Assembly: GCA_964016885.1 (NCBI GenBank)
Contig: OZ024740.1
Coordinates: 300,452,001-300,516,000 of the forward strand
Direction: 5' to 3'
DNA: 64,000 nucleotides
Origin: Eledone cirrhosa
Taxonomy: Eukaryota
Below are positions 41,101 through 62,760 of this stretch, piece after piece (the first letter of the stretch is position 1; each line of letters opens with the position of its first letter). The translations under genes and the position numbers were made by a program. The notes beneath the pieces are model-generated. The model saw nothing but the letters and a program-made list of their open reading frames with translations. It ran no database searches and was not told the DNA's origin.

Positions 41101-43822
41101 GATGATGTATCTCAGGATGTATTACTACCTCCTGTACAGCAAATTGGTGAGCGAAGTTAATTGTCAGGTTTTCATTGGAAAGGCTAGTTTAGTACACCGT
41201 TTAAAAATGATAATTGTTATGGTTACTGCATATTTGTTCTTAATATATCTAGCCTCTGCAGCAATAATTATTTTTTCAGCGTGTGTCTTAATATCAGATG
41301 TTTTAAGGACAACCTGTTAGTCCTCATCAACCTATACAACTGTATGTTGAAATATCATTGGATATGAGAGAATATAACATATATCATTTAGGTAAACATC
41401 CTTCCATGGTTCTATTTTCTCCGTTCTTACAAACTTTGAAAAGCCATTTCCGAATATTTTGACTTTGGTTGTTATTATTTGATTGATCAGGTTCACATCA
41501 TCAGAGACATTGTCTGGAAAGCCGGAATATTCTTCAGTTAATTCTTGTTAGATTTCCTTATTAGATCTGAGAGCATTGAAATCAGTTCTGTTTCAGTGCA
41601 CAACAGTTAGATTTGCCTAGTCCTTGTCTTAGACTCCTTTTCGTTGAAAGGAAACTTATATTCATTACTAGTGGTCGACATCCCGCATCAATTATGTATG
41701 ATGAGCCAGGATAGGCACGGCATATTGTCACTTACATAGATATCTATGGTGTATAATATATGTAAACAATTAACTTCCTCTCGTTAGTGGCCCGATGAAA
41801 CCATGGATTATTTTGTTTCTGTATATAGGATTCATAGGATTAATTTGATGTTGAAGAAATCATGCAAGCAATTTCTCACCATAAATATTAGCTTTTATTC
41901 TGACGGAGTTATTATGCCCTGTACTGTATACAAAACACTGAACACCTTACTACCTGATGACATGGTTGTATTGAACTTACTCAATGTATATGCTTACAAA
42001 ACATGGCAATGTTTTCCAAGGTCTTTTTTTGTTTTCATCGAGGGTCGGTAGAATAATTGTTTATATAAATCCGACGCCCTGCCTGTAGGTCAAAATCCAT
42101 GCAATAAAAGGAGAGGCATTCATTTGGTGGTGAATATTGACATTACAATTCTAGCTTTTAAATGTTCCTCTTACTCATCCATTGTCTCCTTCGGTACAAC
42201 ACCATGTATGTTTTGCGATTACCTCCACTCCATCCAATTTTCCACCCTTGCATTGATTCATCATTCAACTCAAAACACCCACTGTTAGTTCATCTCCCCA
42301 CTTTTACGCCTATTGCATCGATACCAAATGACTCTGTAACTTTGATGATAGTTACTAATTTAATATGTTTTCCGTTAATGTTCGAACCTATGTAGATGCT
42401 ATCATTAACCAGATAAAAAGTTTGTTAACATATGCGCGCTTAGATGTTTCATAACCAGATAGAATGGAGGACCCGGATACATTGTTAGCCCACCCGACGG
42501 CGATGTGTAGAGATTATTTGGTTGACATAGACGTATGATTTTCAGTAATCATGTTTTATGACACCATCACACAATTCCACTTCGCTAGTTGAAGAGGTTG
42601 TGTCGTTTACATTGTCCTATTGATTGTATCCATATTCAAATGTTGTGTTACACATTCGTTGTTTGCTATTATCGATGAAATTCAAACAAATATTTCAGAG
42701 TGAATAAAAGAAAATATATATAATTAACGAGCTTTCGTATAAGCATATTACCAGTGGTATAACGCAGAGGTGTATGCAGTAGCTATAGGTTTGATGAAGA
42801 ATTTCACTATAATAAATATATATATTTATTATCATATGAACTGTTCTTTTGTTTGTGTACTCAATGGTTAAAATATCTTTGCTTGATATTCTAGCATAAA
42901 GCTAAGAATTGCTGGCCTATCTACCAGAGTGTTTCTGTCTCCTATACCACATTACGTCTATATTTTTTTTGTCTTTGAAAGTAATGTATTCTAATCCAAG
43001 GAAACTTAATATATTGTGTTTAGACCTAAAAGGAGCTGTCTTCCTCACACTAACATCTGTTGACCAATGTTGCGAATGTTCAATGTCTCAGATCCAGTAT
43101 GTATCTTCTAATATAGTACCCGTAATATTTCCATTTTGCCATAAGAAATCGTTTCAGCGACTCGACTGAATGTCTGGTGATGAAAATTGTTTATTTTCAC
43201 AGCTAATAGCCGTATTTCTAATAAAACGGATTATGTATGAATAAATCAAATATGATGTTACTGAGACTTACGGTATTCCATCTCTATAAACATAATTAAA
43301 TATTTAATCAGATTACATAGTATTTATTAGAAGCCTTATTATTTTCCTGATCATCAACATTTACAGATAAATTTTCTCAGAAATTCTTAATTTTGGAGAA
43401 CTTTCGCCACATTTACAAGTACTTGGTATATCCACTGATTGATGAAAGGTTTCATACAACAGCATCATCACAATCAGTAGGAAGAACAAAGCGAATTGTA
43501 TCAAATATTAATTGCAGCTACAGCAGCTATAACAAAAGCAGTAATATATCCTATGAGCTTATCGCAAAAATTCCTATTCGTCAATTTAATGTTTTACATT
43601 CTTATAAATATAATCAAAATGTATACCCGGGAAAAACTCTATTAGAATTAATATTCGCAGAGATCGTGACTGCTGGCAGTAAGTTAAGAAACATTGCAAG
43701 ACGAAACATTAATGAAATTATTTTTTCGTTTCCAGATACCTTTGTCTTGAACACGCAAATAACAAGATTATGTATAAATCCTTACCGTTTCTCTTTCTCT
43801 ACATTATAATATACGTCTTTTT

Positions 43823-43941
<119 letters not shown>

Positions 43942-44080
43942 TATTTTTATATATAAATATTCATGTATTTGTATATATATTTACATATTTATATAAAGGT
44001 CAGACAGATGGGAGTCGAGTGGCAGTAATTATGAAGAATCAATTTATTACGCAAACAGTAACACATACAGCTACACCCAC

Positions 44081-44129
<49 letters not shown>

Positions 44130-45925
44130 CTGTGTATGTGTGCGTATAATGATTCTAATGCGTAACTATATTGTATACTTTACTAGGCAGAAGATGACAG
44201 TGCGCCTGTAGAAACATCTCAGTTTCTGCGCCAAAGTTCTGCAGTACATCGTATTCTTTCTTCTATTTCAATCGCAAATGTGTAAGTTATGCACAACCTA
44301 TACAAGATACGTTATGACTCTGGTGAAGTATACTATTTAATTATTGTCACGCACATTCAACATCGAATTCGATGAACAGGACAACGGAATATCAGTTCAA
44401 TTTCTTTGATGACAAATGATTCTGGACAACTATTCTGTCTCTCTTTGCATGCGCATGCCTCTGCGCGTGTGTTTAATGTTTGGTGTGTGTGTTCGTATTT
44501 TGAAAACCATGCATTAGGAAGAAATTTAAATTAGATAACATTTACCCTACCAAATTTACCTTACCAAATGTTATGATCATTAAAATTGTTTGTATGTGTA
44601 TTTATGGACCACGTAACGATGAAAAGCATAGCTAAACTTGATGGGATTTGAACTCAGAGCACAAAGGAACATACCTATATGCCACAAATCATGTTGTCCG
44701 CCTCTCTACCGATATTGCCAATCCACCAACCCTCATAATGTAACAATATAATTCAATTGTTATTAAGTCTCTATATTGTGCTCCACACTAATATCAAATG
44801 CAGTAATATTCTATTCCTGTCCATTTCGATAGACGACTGGTGATCTGTCCATTGTCTCATTCGACTGGTTACTTATATGGTTGTGAATCAAATAAGGAAA
44901 TCATGAGTTTCGCTGCTAAACAATCAAATGAAGTTGAATTCAATCATTTAAATCAAAAATGAATCATCAATCCGGCCAATAGAACTGCATTCTTCAAAAT
45001 TCTACAGATAATAGAATTTGAACTGAAAGTTATTTAGCAGATACATAGTTGATGCCAAAACCATGAGTTGGCATTAGTGTTTTAAATCATGATCATTGCT
45101 ACATAAATATTAGTGGTTTTAATAAATTGAAATCGTCTTGCTCTTCAGTCCCCCTCCCCCTCTCTATCTGTCTCCCCCTCTGTAATTCTCATATAAAATT
45201 TGCGCAAAGTTAATCAAGAAGAAATAGATTCTTAATAATATAAATAATGTTGTCTCGAAGACGAGATGGAGCGTGAATGTATTAGAATTCATAGAATAAG
45301 AGAAAACCGCAATGCAAGAAAAGTTGTTAAAACAGCAAACCAACGGCTATCCCAGCGTCAGGTATAAATTACCTCAAAGGAGAGAAATCAGTGGCTAGTG
45401 TAGGATAAAAGAAGCAAAGGAAGAAAATGAAGGAGACAAGTTCACACACATATTTTAACCTCTTCAGAACTCAGACCGGCTTCGCATCAATTTAATTTGA
45501 GTGGAGCGCAGGTGTTTAACTTCAATAAATTTCACTGGAATATTGGTCACATGACAATGATGGTGCCATTGCTGCATACAAACAATATATACGATACTGT
45601 TTTCGAATTTTGCCTAATGGGCAAGGATCACGAATATTAGATAACAATAATATTCCCAACATCATCTCCTACCACAACTTCATGTGCCATAGGTTCCTTC
45701 AACGAAACGGCAGCTAAACACGTCGTGTTTGGCAGAGACCGATGCATCTATCTCAATTCAATCTCCCCTCGTTTCTTTTCACTTTGTTTCTAATAATTCT
45801 CACTAAACATTATACCTAAATCGTTTTCACACGGATCATCCACGGGATATAAACAACATATCTTTAATGTGCTATAAATATACTAGTTATGCTGGTGGAC
45901 GGTGTCATTTTACCAACATATATAT

Positions 45926-46186
45926 ATAGTTAGGAGTGAAGGTTGATCCCAGTGTCAATGGTAGTAATATAAATATAAAGATGTGAGAAAAACCACAGAC
46001 CCTCCATCTCAATTCTACTTTTGAAAAGCAGAAGAACTGCGAAACCGGTAAAGGAACCAAATAAAGATATATTTTTTTTTTAAATAAGACTTTAGTTGCA
46101 TTTTCGATTTTAACTTTTTTTTCTTTATACTTTCACTCGTGTAGGACACCTCGGTTATTTTTCATTTTGTAAAAAAAACACCTCAC

Positions 46187-46248
<62 letters not shown>

Positions 46249-46286
46249 CTACCATTGACACTGGTATCAACTGCCACTCCTAACTA
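45926..46286. repeat. Pseudo-LTR fragment (45972-46195) enclosed by ~45-bp inverted arms (45926-45971 / 46241-46287)
   Basis: TAGTTAGGAGTG...CAATGGTAGTAATATA versus TATATTACTACCATTG...CACTCCTAACTA; interior related to 56205-56370 and 57790-57908. Confidence 0.75.
46013..46056 (+). ncRNA. Minimal type I hammerhead ribozyme with U3-A8 core, intact
   Basis: TTC-ta-CTT / TTGAAAA / GCAG aagaa CTGC / GAAA / CCGG-T-A / AAG-GAA; palindromic ACCGGT stem III. Confidence 0.78.
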
Positions 46287-46732
46287 TCCAAAGTATCACC
46301 GGTCAGTGTTGCTACTGAACACAATTAAATCTGACACAGCAACATATCTCCAAAGTAAATCACTGACTAACGTGATTCCTGAACAATGGAATTTGAATGA
46401 CTTGATGATGTTTTGGGAAAGATAATTCTGACCAGTAGATAGTGGCTTTATATAACCCTTTTGCTGATGCAGTGAAGATATTTATTCTAAGTCATGTGTC
46501 ACCGCTGCTTGGAGAAACCAACACTTAATATCAGCCTAAGGCATATCAATGGACCGAAACAACAGAAGTAAGGTTTGTTACTTCTTTCGAATTTTTTTCC
46601 TGTTTGTTTTTTTCTGTTTCTGTTCAATTTGTAGCTGTCTGATGATGTCATAACTGTTGCATAACGGTTATCACCGTAATATATATGACAGCGATTCTGA
46701 ATAAACGAAGTTAATTGTGAACTGTTAATATT

Positions 46733-46826
<94 letters not shown>

Positions 46827-47692
46827 TCAACACTCCTTCACTCCTACACTCATTAACAAACCTTCCGCCTGGCACACTCAAATCTCTTATATATAGAGTC
46901 ACACATGTAAACACAACCCGAGCTCAGTTTGACAATCGCCACCGACGAATGCGATAAAGTTCTTCAGGAAAGATAACCAGGAATCTTTCAAAATATCCCC
47001 ACCGAAGTTAACAAAGAACTTACTAGATCTACAAAACCAACTTGTAAAATTATAATATAAAATTGAAGTGAAGTCATTCTTTTCCTTTTTTTAAATATAC
47101 CCAACTGTACCAGGGATTTCACACATCTACCAACACACACACACACACATACCCCCCCCCCCCACACACATACACACCCACACACACATACATATATATA
47201 TATATATAAATTTAATTTATATATATATATATTTGGCATATGCCTATATATATATGATGCGTACAAGCTTGCGCGAATATATGCATATATACATCACTAT
47301 GTAAATTTAACATATATACACGTGAATTACATTATATGTGCGTCTTACAAATCTATGAAATTGTTTGGGTGTGTAACATATGTAAATTATATATATTTTA
47401 CGTATGTATATGATTTTAATAGAAGTTGATTATGTATGCATAAATGTTAATATGACTGAATGCTTTTTCCTGACTCATGTACAAAGTATGAGCGCATTTC
47501 TGATATGTATTAAATGATAAACACACGCCAGATTGTATACATGTATGCATGTGTGTATATATATATAGAAAAAATTCAATATGTCTATGGTCTGTATAAA
47601 TTACAAATATCAAGACTCTCGCACAAATTTACGCACATAATACACACATACAGCGACACACTTCCACACCCACCCTCCACACACACACACAC

Positions 47693-47768
47693 ACACACAC
47701 ACACGTATATATATATATGTATGTATCAATATATATAATGTGCCTGTATATGTCTGTGTGATTATGAT

Positions 47769-47865
<97 letters not shown>

Positions 47866-47977
47866 TTATTTATATATATATATATAAATATATATATAAT
47901 CATAATCACACAGACATATACAGGCACATTATATATATTGATACATACATATATATATATATATATGTGTGTGTGTG
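47693..47977. repeat. Near-perfect palindrome centred on (TA)n
   Basis: GTATGTATCAATATATATAATGTGCCTGTATATGTCTGTGTGATTATGATTA is mirrored at 47896-47949. Confidence 0.9.
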
Positions 47978-48151
47978 TAAAAATATATATATATATATAA
48001 ATATGTGTGTATGTATGCATTAGTCACACTCATATATATATAATGGTGATAATAAAAACAATAATAATAGTAATGAATATTATTTTGTTATAATAATAAT
48101 AATAATTATTATTATTATTATTAGTTGTTGTTGTTGTTGTTGTTGTTATTA

Positions 48152-48211
<60 letters not shown>

Positions 48212-48961
48212 GCGAGAACAAATGCAAAGATAATCCATTTTCTGATGCCCCCCCTTAATTTTATTGCTTCAAAGTAAACGGTTGAGTCATATTGCAAACA
48301 TTGCATGTACTTTCTACAATGCTGCATGCATAGTTGCATATGCTTTATTACCTTTGATGCGATAAACTGCGCAACAACCTCAATTAGAGAGTATAAAATA
48401 TTTTTATGCATTCAATGGTAAAAAAAGAAAAGTTTCGGCTTTGACAAAGGTGAACTTCAACAGCCGTTACGATTACATTAATGGGGTGCCTATGGAAGCC
48501 AATCCCTTTGAAGTATTTCTCATACTAATAGACACTGCATTAAAAAGATAGGTTCAAGTTAAACAGAAAGAGATATACCAAATATTCACTTTATTGATAC
48601 TTAATGTAAACCGTCAGCAGTGACAGAGTGGAAATATAAAAACCAGAAACGATTTCAAAAGGTATAACTGTCAGTGTAAACTTTGGCTTTGCATGATAAA
48701 TATTATTGCGGATATTCTAAATACGGGCGAACTGTCGAACAAATAAAATGTACTGGAAATATAGAGAGGAATGATGAAAGAAATATCACATTGAGATTAT
48801 CGAATTTACCATGGAATAATTTACCGTTAAGGAAAATAGCAAAAGGTTTCGTTAGTAATGAACATATACATAACCAAATATTCCTAGAAATAGTAAGAAA
48901 CGATACTATTTTGGCTGAATTGCATATAACAACTCACTTCATATGCATTGTTATGTTTCTA

Positions 48962-49005
48962 AATTAAAGGAAAACATTAAACCTCTAAATGTGTTGAAGT
49001 GTATG

Positions 49006-49048
<43 letters not shown>

Positions 49049-49084
49049 TTCAATATATTTAGGGGTCTAATGTTTTTCTTTAAT
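48962..49084. repeat. Diverged palindrome centred on (TA)n
   Basis: ATTAAAGGAAAACATTAAACCTCTAAATGTGTTGAA versus TTCAATATATTTAGGGGTCTAATGTTTTTCTTTAAT. Confidence 0.8.
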
Positions 49085-49122
49085 ATATATATATATATAC
49101 ATATATATATACACTATATTCA

Positions 49123-49163
<41 letters not shown>

Positions 49164-49694
49164 ATATTTAGAAACACACAGATACATGCGGACACACAAA
49201 CAGTTTAGGTATGATACATTTTATTACTAATTATATCTAAATGTTTCTTCTCTCTTCATAATGTATTTTTAACTTTGATACTGGTCCAGTCTAATTCAAC
49301 CGGATTGGTCTGTCCCAGTCATTCATTGAGCAACATCGGTAAGGTTGGCATCATTAACTCACGGTTAGGTGTGGATGCATTCATGTATATGTGTGTGTCC
49401 GCATGTATCTGTGTGTTTCTAAATATATTGTTCATAGCTCCCTCTGGTCGAGTAATCTTTGAAGTGTGGTGACTGCTGGAAAGCTGCCATTACTCATACT
49501 TCTTGCCCCCTTCACCACCTCTTCTACGGCTTCGATATGAATACCCCCTCCGCCTCCGTGGTATTTTCTTCGGGGTTATAAGAGGCTTAGCTCTGTTTCT
49601 CGACCGTTATATCGCGTGACTATCTCCCCCTCCGCCTTTTGGGATTCTTTCTCACGTCGTGTAGACGCGTTCTTGAAGCTAGTAAAATGAGGTA

Positions 49695-49784
49695 TCCTCT
49701 TGATAAGTCGGCAGACCTCGCAAGGACTCTATATCTTTATGATGTATTGTTTTTGTTTATGCCACGAAACTACGTAGTCGAGGA
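49695..49784 (+). ncRNA. Hammerhead ribozyme, U3-A8 core, long stem II (tandem unit 1); predicted cut after C49779
   Basis: Stem I TCCTC/GAGGA; TTGATAA; stem II GT(C)GGCA/TGCCAC closing a ~45-nt insert; GAAA; palindromic stem III ACTACGTAGT; GUC triplet. Confidence 0.78.
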
Positions 49785-50286
49785 ATCTAGGAACAGTTTA
49801 GGTATGATACATTTTATTACTAATTATATCTAAATGTTTCTTCTCTCTTCATAATGTATTTCTAACTCTGATACTGGTCCAGTCTAATTCAACCGGATTG
49901 GTCTGTCCCAGTCATTCATTGAGCAACATCGGTAAGGTTGGCACCATTAACTCCGATTGGGTGTGGATGCATTCATGTATATGTGTGTGTCCGCATGTAT
50001 CTGTGTGTTTCTAAATATATTGTTCATAGCTCCCTCTGGTCGAGTAATCTTTGAAGTGTGGTGACTGCTGGAAAGCTGCCATTACTCATACTTCTCGCCT
50101 CCTTCACCACCTCTTCTACAGCTTCGATATGAATACCCTCTCCGCCTCCGTGGTATTTTCTTCGGGGTTATAAGAGGCTTAGCTCTGTTTCTCGACCGTT
50201 ATATCGCGTGACTATCTCCCCCTCCGCCTTTTGGGATTCTTTCTCTCGTCGTGTAGACGCGTTCTTGAAGCTAGTAAAATGAGGTA

Positions 50287-50376
50287 TCCTCTTGATAAGT
50301 CGGCAGACCTCGCAAGGACTCTATATCTTTATGATGTATTGGTTTTGTTTATGCCACGAAACTACGTAGTCGAGGA
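50287..50376 (+). ncRNA. Hammerhead ribozyme, U3-A8 core, long stem II (tandem unit 2); predicted cut after C50371
   Basis: Same core and stems as 49695-49784, 592 nt downstream. Confidence 0.78.
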
Positions 50377-50442
50377 ATCTAGGAACAGTTTAGGTATGAT
50401 ACATTTTATTACTAATTATATCTAAATGTTTCTTCTCTCTTC

Positions 50443-57768
<7,326 letters not shown>

Positions 57769-57901
57769 ATATATATATATATATATATATATTTTTTTTA
57801 AATAAGACTCCAATTGCATTTTCGATTTCATCTTTTTTTCTTTATACTTTCACTCGTGTAGGACACCTCGGTTATTTTTCATTTTGTAAAAAAAACCTCA
57901 C

Positions 57902-57990
<89 letters not shown>

Positions 57991-59376
57991 AGTGTGTGTG
58001 TGTGTGTGTATGTGCATAGGGCAATATATGCTGTGAAAATATGCTAATGAAAGAACATGCAGTCAAGTCAAAAGAGATAAAGCGAATATATAAATATGAG
58101 TCTACGTCGGCGTTCGTAATACATGATTTATTGACAGACAGTCTGCAAGTATTCATAGTTTGTTTTATTGAGAGGAGTGGAAATATAGATGAAATTCCGT
58201 ACACGTCTTGAAAATATACTTGAAAGCTTATTTAAAATGGTTGCATTTCAACTAATGGCAATATTCATAGAACTATCCATCCCATTACACATTTACATGT
58301 CTAACATTTATTGATGTATGTATATATAAACGCACACACACAAACACACATAAACACACACACACATACATATATATATGTGTGTGTGGGTGTGTCTGTG
58401 TGTGTGTGTGTTTATCTGTGTGTCTGTGTTTATTTGTGTGTGTGTGTTTATTTGTGTGTGATTACACATAGATAAACACTTTAAGTTCAAAATAATAAAA
58501 GAATGAAACAGAGATACACATATACAAAGTCTACTCACAAGCTAATATGAAATGACACTTCTCAACGTATCGGACGCTAGTCTATCATCATTTAGAATTA
58601 TATTTTTCAGAAAAATCCCGTGTTCCTTTGTAAGAGCAAAATTAAATAAAAGTCCGTCATCATATTAATAGTCTGTGATTGGATGATGTTTTCATTGCGT
58701 AGGAAAATATTCGAGGTAGCATTATCAGCAAAAAAAAAAAAACGCAGCGCAGATTGTCAGAGGAAGCGCTGCGCGCGCAAGTCAAGACCGACTTCAATTA
58801 TCACAGCAGTCCTTACCCATATGCACCTCATATATATACATGGTTTTCAGGTTGTGATTAGTTTCGATATACATATAAACTTTGAAGTCGTCCTAACCGA
58901 AAAGGTCGTAGGAGTAATTGATTACTATATTAACTACTTGTTAAAATTGTGTAAATAATCATGGAAGCTTTTCTATCCTGTTTGGCATGTGTGCAAGAAT
59001 AGTTTCCAAGAATTTCTGGACAATTATTTATTTTGATCGACTATTGATATATTCACTTGTGTTGGGTGGATGACAGTACATAATTCAAATATTCAGAATT
59101 GTTCCTATATCAAGTTGTCACATATATGTATGCAAAAATATACTTATATATGAATGTATATATAGATACATGGGGTTGTATTTGTGTATGAGGGGGAGGG
59201 GGGTGCATGAGTGAACATATTACACGTATTGGATTGTATGAGATCGTAAAGGTTTATTACTTCACCTGAAACCAGAAACACATTTAATGCTTTTAAAGTA
59301 ATGTATCATCCCTATAGTTATTTTTCTCATTCTAGATAATAATGCTTTTTTTCTACTTTAACCCGGTATTTAATTG

Positions 59377-59676
59377 GTTTTTGTGTTGTAGTTCGTATTT
59401 ATATTCATGTGTTGTTTGTTACTCACAGCTATTAACCATGGGATTATTTTAAGTCGTTTATAGTGATTAAGCGTTTGTTTGTTAAATGTAAATTCCTCCG
59501 AATTACTGGCCATATTGTTATTGTAGGTATATTATCTTATGCATTTTTTATCAGTAAATTATCTTTTCTAGGGTTTGTATTAACCGTTATTAAGTTGTTG
59601 GTAAACCGTTAGCTTACTTAATTTTATAAGTTTACAAACAACATATGCATATAAATACGAACTACAACACAAAAAC
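59377..59676. repeat. ~45-bp inverted repeat
   Basis: TTTTGTGTTGTAGTTCGTATTTATATTCATGTGTTGTTTGT versus ACAAACAACATATGCATATAAATACGAACTACAACACAAAA. Confidence 0.75.
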
Positions 59677-60266
59677 ACTTAAATGAAAACCACATACCGA
59701 ACACTATCATGTGCTTTACATTACACCTCACATAAAAAAATACCTACATTATCACCACATGCCTTTCTAACAAATTGCATACTATCTTAAATGTTTATAA
59801 CAAATAAAATATGATTTAACACCCCACACAAAATATGTTTATTTCAACTAAATTATAACTCTTCCATACATGCATTATTGACTGTATTTGCTGGCCTTGT
59901 GCCTAAAGTAGAAACAATTATTGACTGTATTGACTCCTGTATTGTACACCAATTGTCTTTTCTTATAACTTCTTTCCCTGTGGTTTTTTTTGCTTGTGAT
60001 TTTTGCTTTTCCTTATACCTATTACACTTCCAACCAGTGCTGCCTGTAATTGTGTTATTTCAAGCGGAACATCTTTTTAACTCCTGAATCTCCACATGAT
60101 GCCTTTGACACTAATAACAACTATGTACCCTAAATGTTCTAAATGACTAGGATTCTAGTTACACGTTTTCGACATTCCTTATGCTCCGATGAATCCAGAC
60201 TTCCCTCTAGAAGAAACAATTGTCAGCTAATAAATGTTCTAAACTAAAATTTTATCGTTTTAACAC

Positions 60267-60335
<69 letters not shown>

Positions 60336-60699
60336 TAGATCAACAGCTCCGGCTTACCGGTGACACTTGTTACATTGTTATCAATTCACCAACCCGGCAT
60401 TTTGGAATAGATATGGTCATACTTTTCTCTTTTAGAGAAGTGTTCTAAAAGAAAAAGATAATAATTAATAATTAGGTATACACAGAGAAGAGTGTAATGA
60501 TGTAATCATTTTGTTCGGGCTATTTTCTGTAAAACAACATATAATGAGAGCCAGGTTTAGTATTGCAGGAGATGGAATATTATTATCGATATTCTTTAAT
60601 AACAACAATTTTGTAAGAAACGGATTTCTCCATTAGATGGGGGAATCTGAAACGCTAGTCAAATGGAAAGAAGTCCTATAATTTGTACACGTACAAAAG

Positions 60700-61060
60700 A
60701 TGGAAGATTCTGCGAAAGCTACCTCAAACAACTTTTTAACCGCTGCCTAAGAAGCCCCACAGGATCATGGATCTCGTAGTCATACCACCGATGACACTCC
60801 TAAACATCTTTCACTCCTTTTTAGCAATCGTCGACCTTTAAACATTCTATAATATTTAAAAAGGAAGATCTAATTAACATCAAGAACGCTCCTTTCCCCA
60901 TCTCCCTTCTTACACATCTCTCTCTGTATTAAAGTTACATAGTTGCGCAGATAATGTTCAAGACAACTCTTGTTCAACATAACTTTTGCTCTACTAAACC
61001 ACATAAAGTAACTCCCTTTATCTGTTGATTTAAAAAAAAGGGCCCGGAACAAAATAATTA
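60700..61060 (-). mobile_element. Possible old PLE RT N-terminal remnant
   Basis: FFKSTDKGS motif resembles the PLE (I)KxADKG; a decayed GAAACGCTAGTC hammerhead-like half lies at ~60649. Confidence 0.35.
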
Positions 61061-62306
61061 CTTCAGCTACACTATTCCCCCTACATACCTAGACCCTAAT
61101 AATAATACTTTCTTTTCCCTATAAAAGACTAAATATTGAATACAACCATTCCAAAATAGCCGCTCTGATGATTTTAAGAGAAATGAAACTCGTATCTACG
61201 TTAAGTCGGAATGTTGATGCAATAAATAACTGTGTACCATAACTCAGATTGAGTGCTCTTCTAGATTTGCGACGCCATATATATAGAAATACACACACAT
61301 ATATATAAATGTGTGTGTGTTTGCGCGCGTTTGTGTGTGTGTGTATGTATGTATATATATATATATATATTATGTATGTACGAGTGTCAATATTCATATA
61401 CGGTTCCAATATTTCATATGTGTCTGAATTATCTGAACTTCGGGCGAAAAGGAATAGACACTTTTCTAATCTTTATATCTAGTGATACGAAAAATATCTA
61501 TACCATCATATATTTGCTTCTTCGATCTCAATTTTCTTCTTCTGGCGCGGAAGATGTGACATTATTATGTTACCTTAGTTTGTGGTCTTCTAGAGATGAG
61601 AACTTTGAAGATATCTGATAGGAAAAAATAAAAAAATAAAAGATTAGTCGATGTCCGTTTGCTGAATAAGTAAGAAATATTATTACGTACAAAGAATCTT
61701 GCTTTTTTTATATAACTGAATTACTATCAATAATATATGTTGTGTTGAAGCAGCTCCTTGAATAATTGTATATTATATTGGATATGTGAATGGACTTATC
61801 CATTCTTATGAAGGTAACAATTAAGCTCGACATTAATCTAATTATATTAAAGTGTTATATATTTGGGAGAGTAGGTTCTCAATTTGAATGCCTTTAAAAA
61901 TTGAACATATGAAATGCTCATCATGTACGCATTTTCATCTCAAACATTAACAGACTTTGCCAGAAATATCAGCTAGGTGTCACTTATTTTGCAACCTCGA
62001 GTATTACAAAATAAAAGTAATATTCATACACAAAGTATGTACAAACTCACTATGATAATATAGAGGATATTCAAAAGGGAACTACTTTAAGCAATAGGTC
62101 CATTTAAACTGCATTTAGGATGCTCAGCAACAGATACAAAATTACCGCAATCAATACATATAGAACTTAATGACAGGGTCTGGTGAAGATAATAACAGAC
62201 ACAATGTCATAATCAAATGTAAGAAAAATGTTTAATCGTGTCCATGTGTTTGAAAGAAAAGCCTCTTGTTATATAAATAAAGTCATATAAATAAAGAATA
62301 CACAGA

Positions 62307-62640
<334 letters not shown>

Positions 62641-62711
62641 TAATAGAAGAACTGGTTCAGACCTAGCTGTCGAAACGGCCGCACCTGAGCGGTCTGGGTT
62701 CAGACTCTTTT

Positions 62712-62760
<49 letters not shown>

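Larger units (their letters stand above)
49160..50447 (+). mobile_element. Retrozyme-like non-coding tandem repeat (~2.1 units of 592-593 bp) with a 39-bp inverted leader, flanked by (TA)n
   Basis: CAGTTTAGGTATGATAC at 49201, 49794 and 50386; one hammerhead per unit; 49160-49198 is the reverse complement of 49392-49430. Confidence 0.8.

Noticed and set aside
41290-41335. Minus-strand TTGATGA-GGAC...GTCC-TTAAAAC hammerhead-like string
   Set aside because: GAAA core is missing, U3-G8 is mismatched and there is no convincing stem I or III.
43393-43809. 138-aa ORF in AT-rich DNA as a possible host exon
   Set aside because: Non-ATG start, no recognisable domain and no supported splice structure.
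49639-49833. 64-aa ORF conserved in three copies (also 21161 and 50231)
   Set aside because: TTG start and no recognisable motif; conservation is explained by recent repeat copies, and it overlaps the hammerhead.
60629-60667. CCAT-TAGATGG-GG..CT-GAAACGCTAGTC-AAATGG hammerhead-like string
   Set aside because: The CUGAnGA box has three substitutions; at best a fossil.
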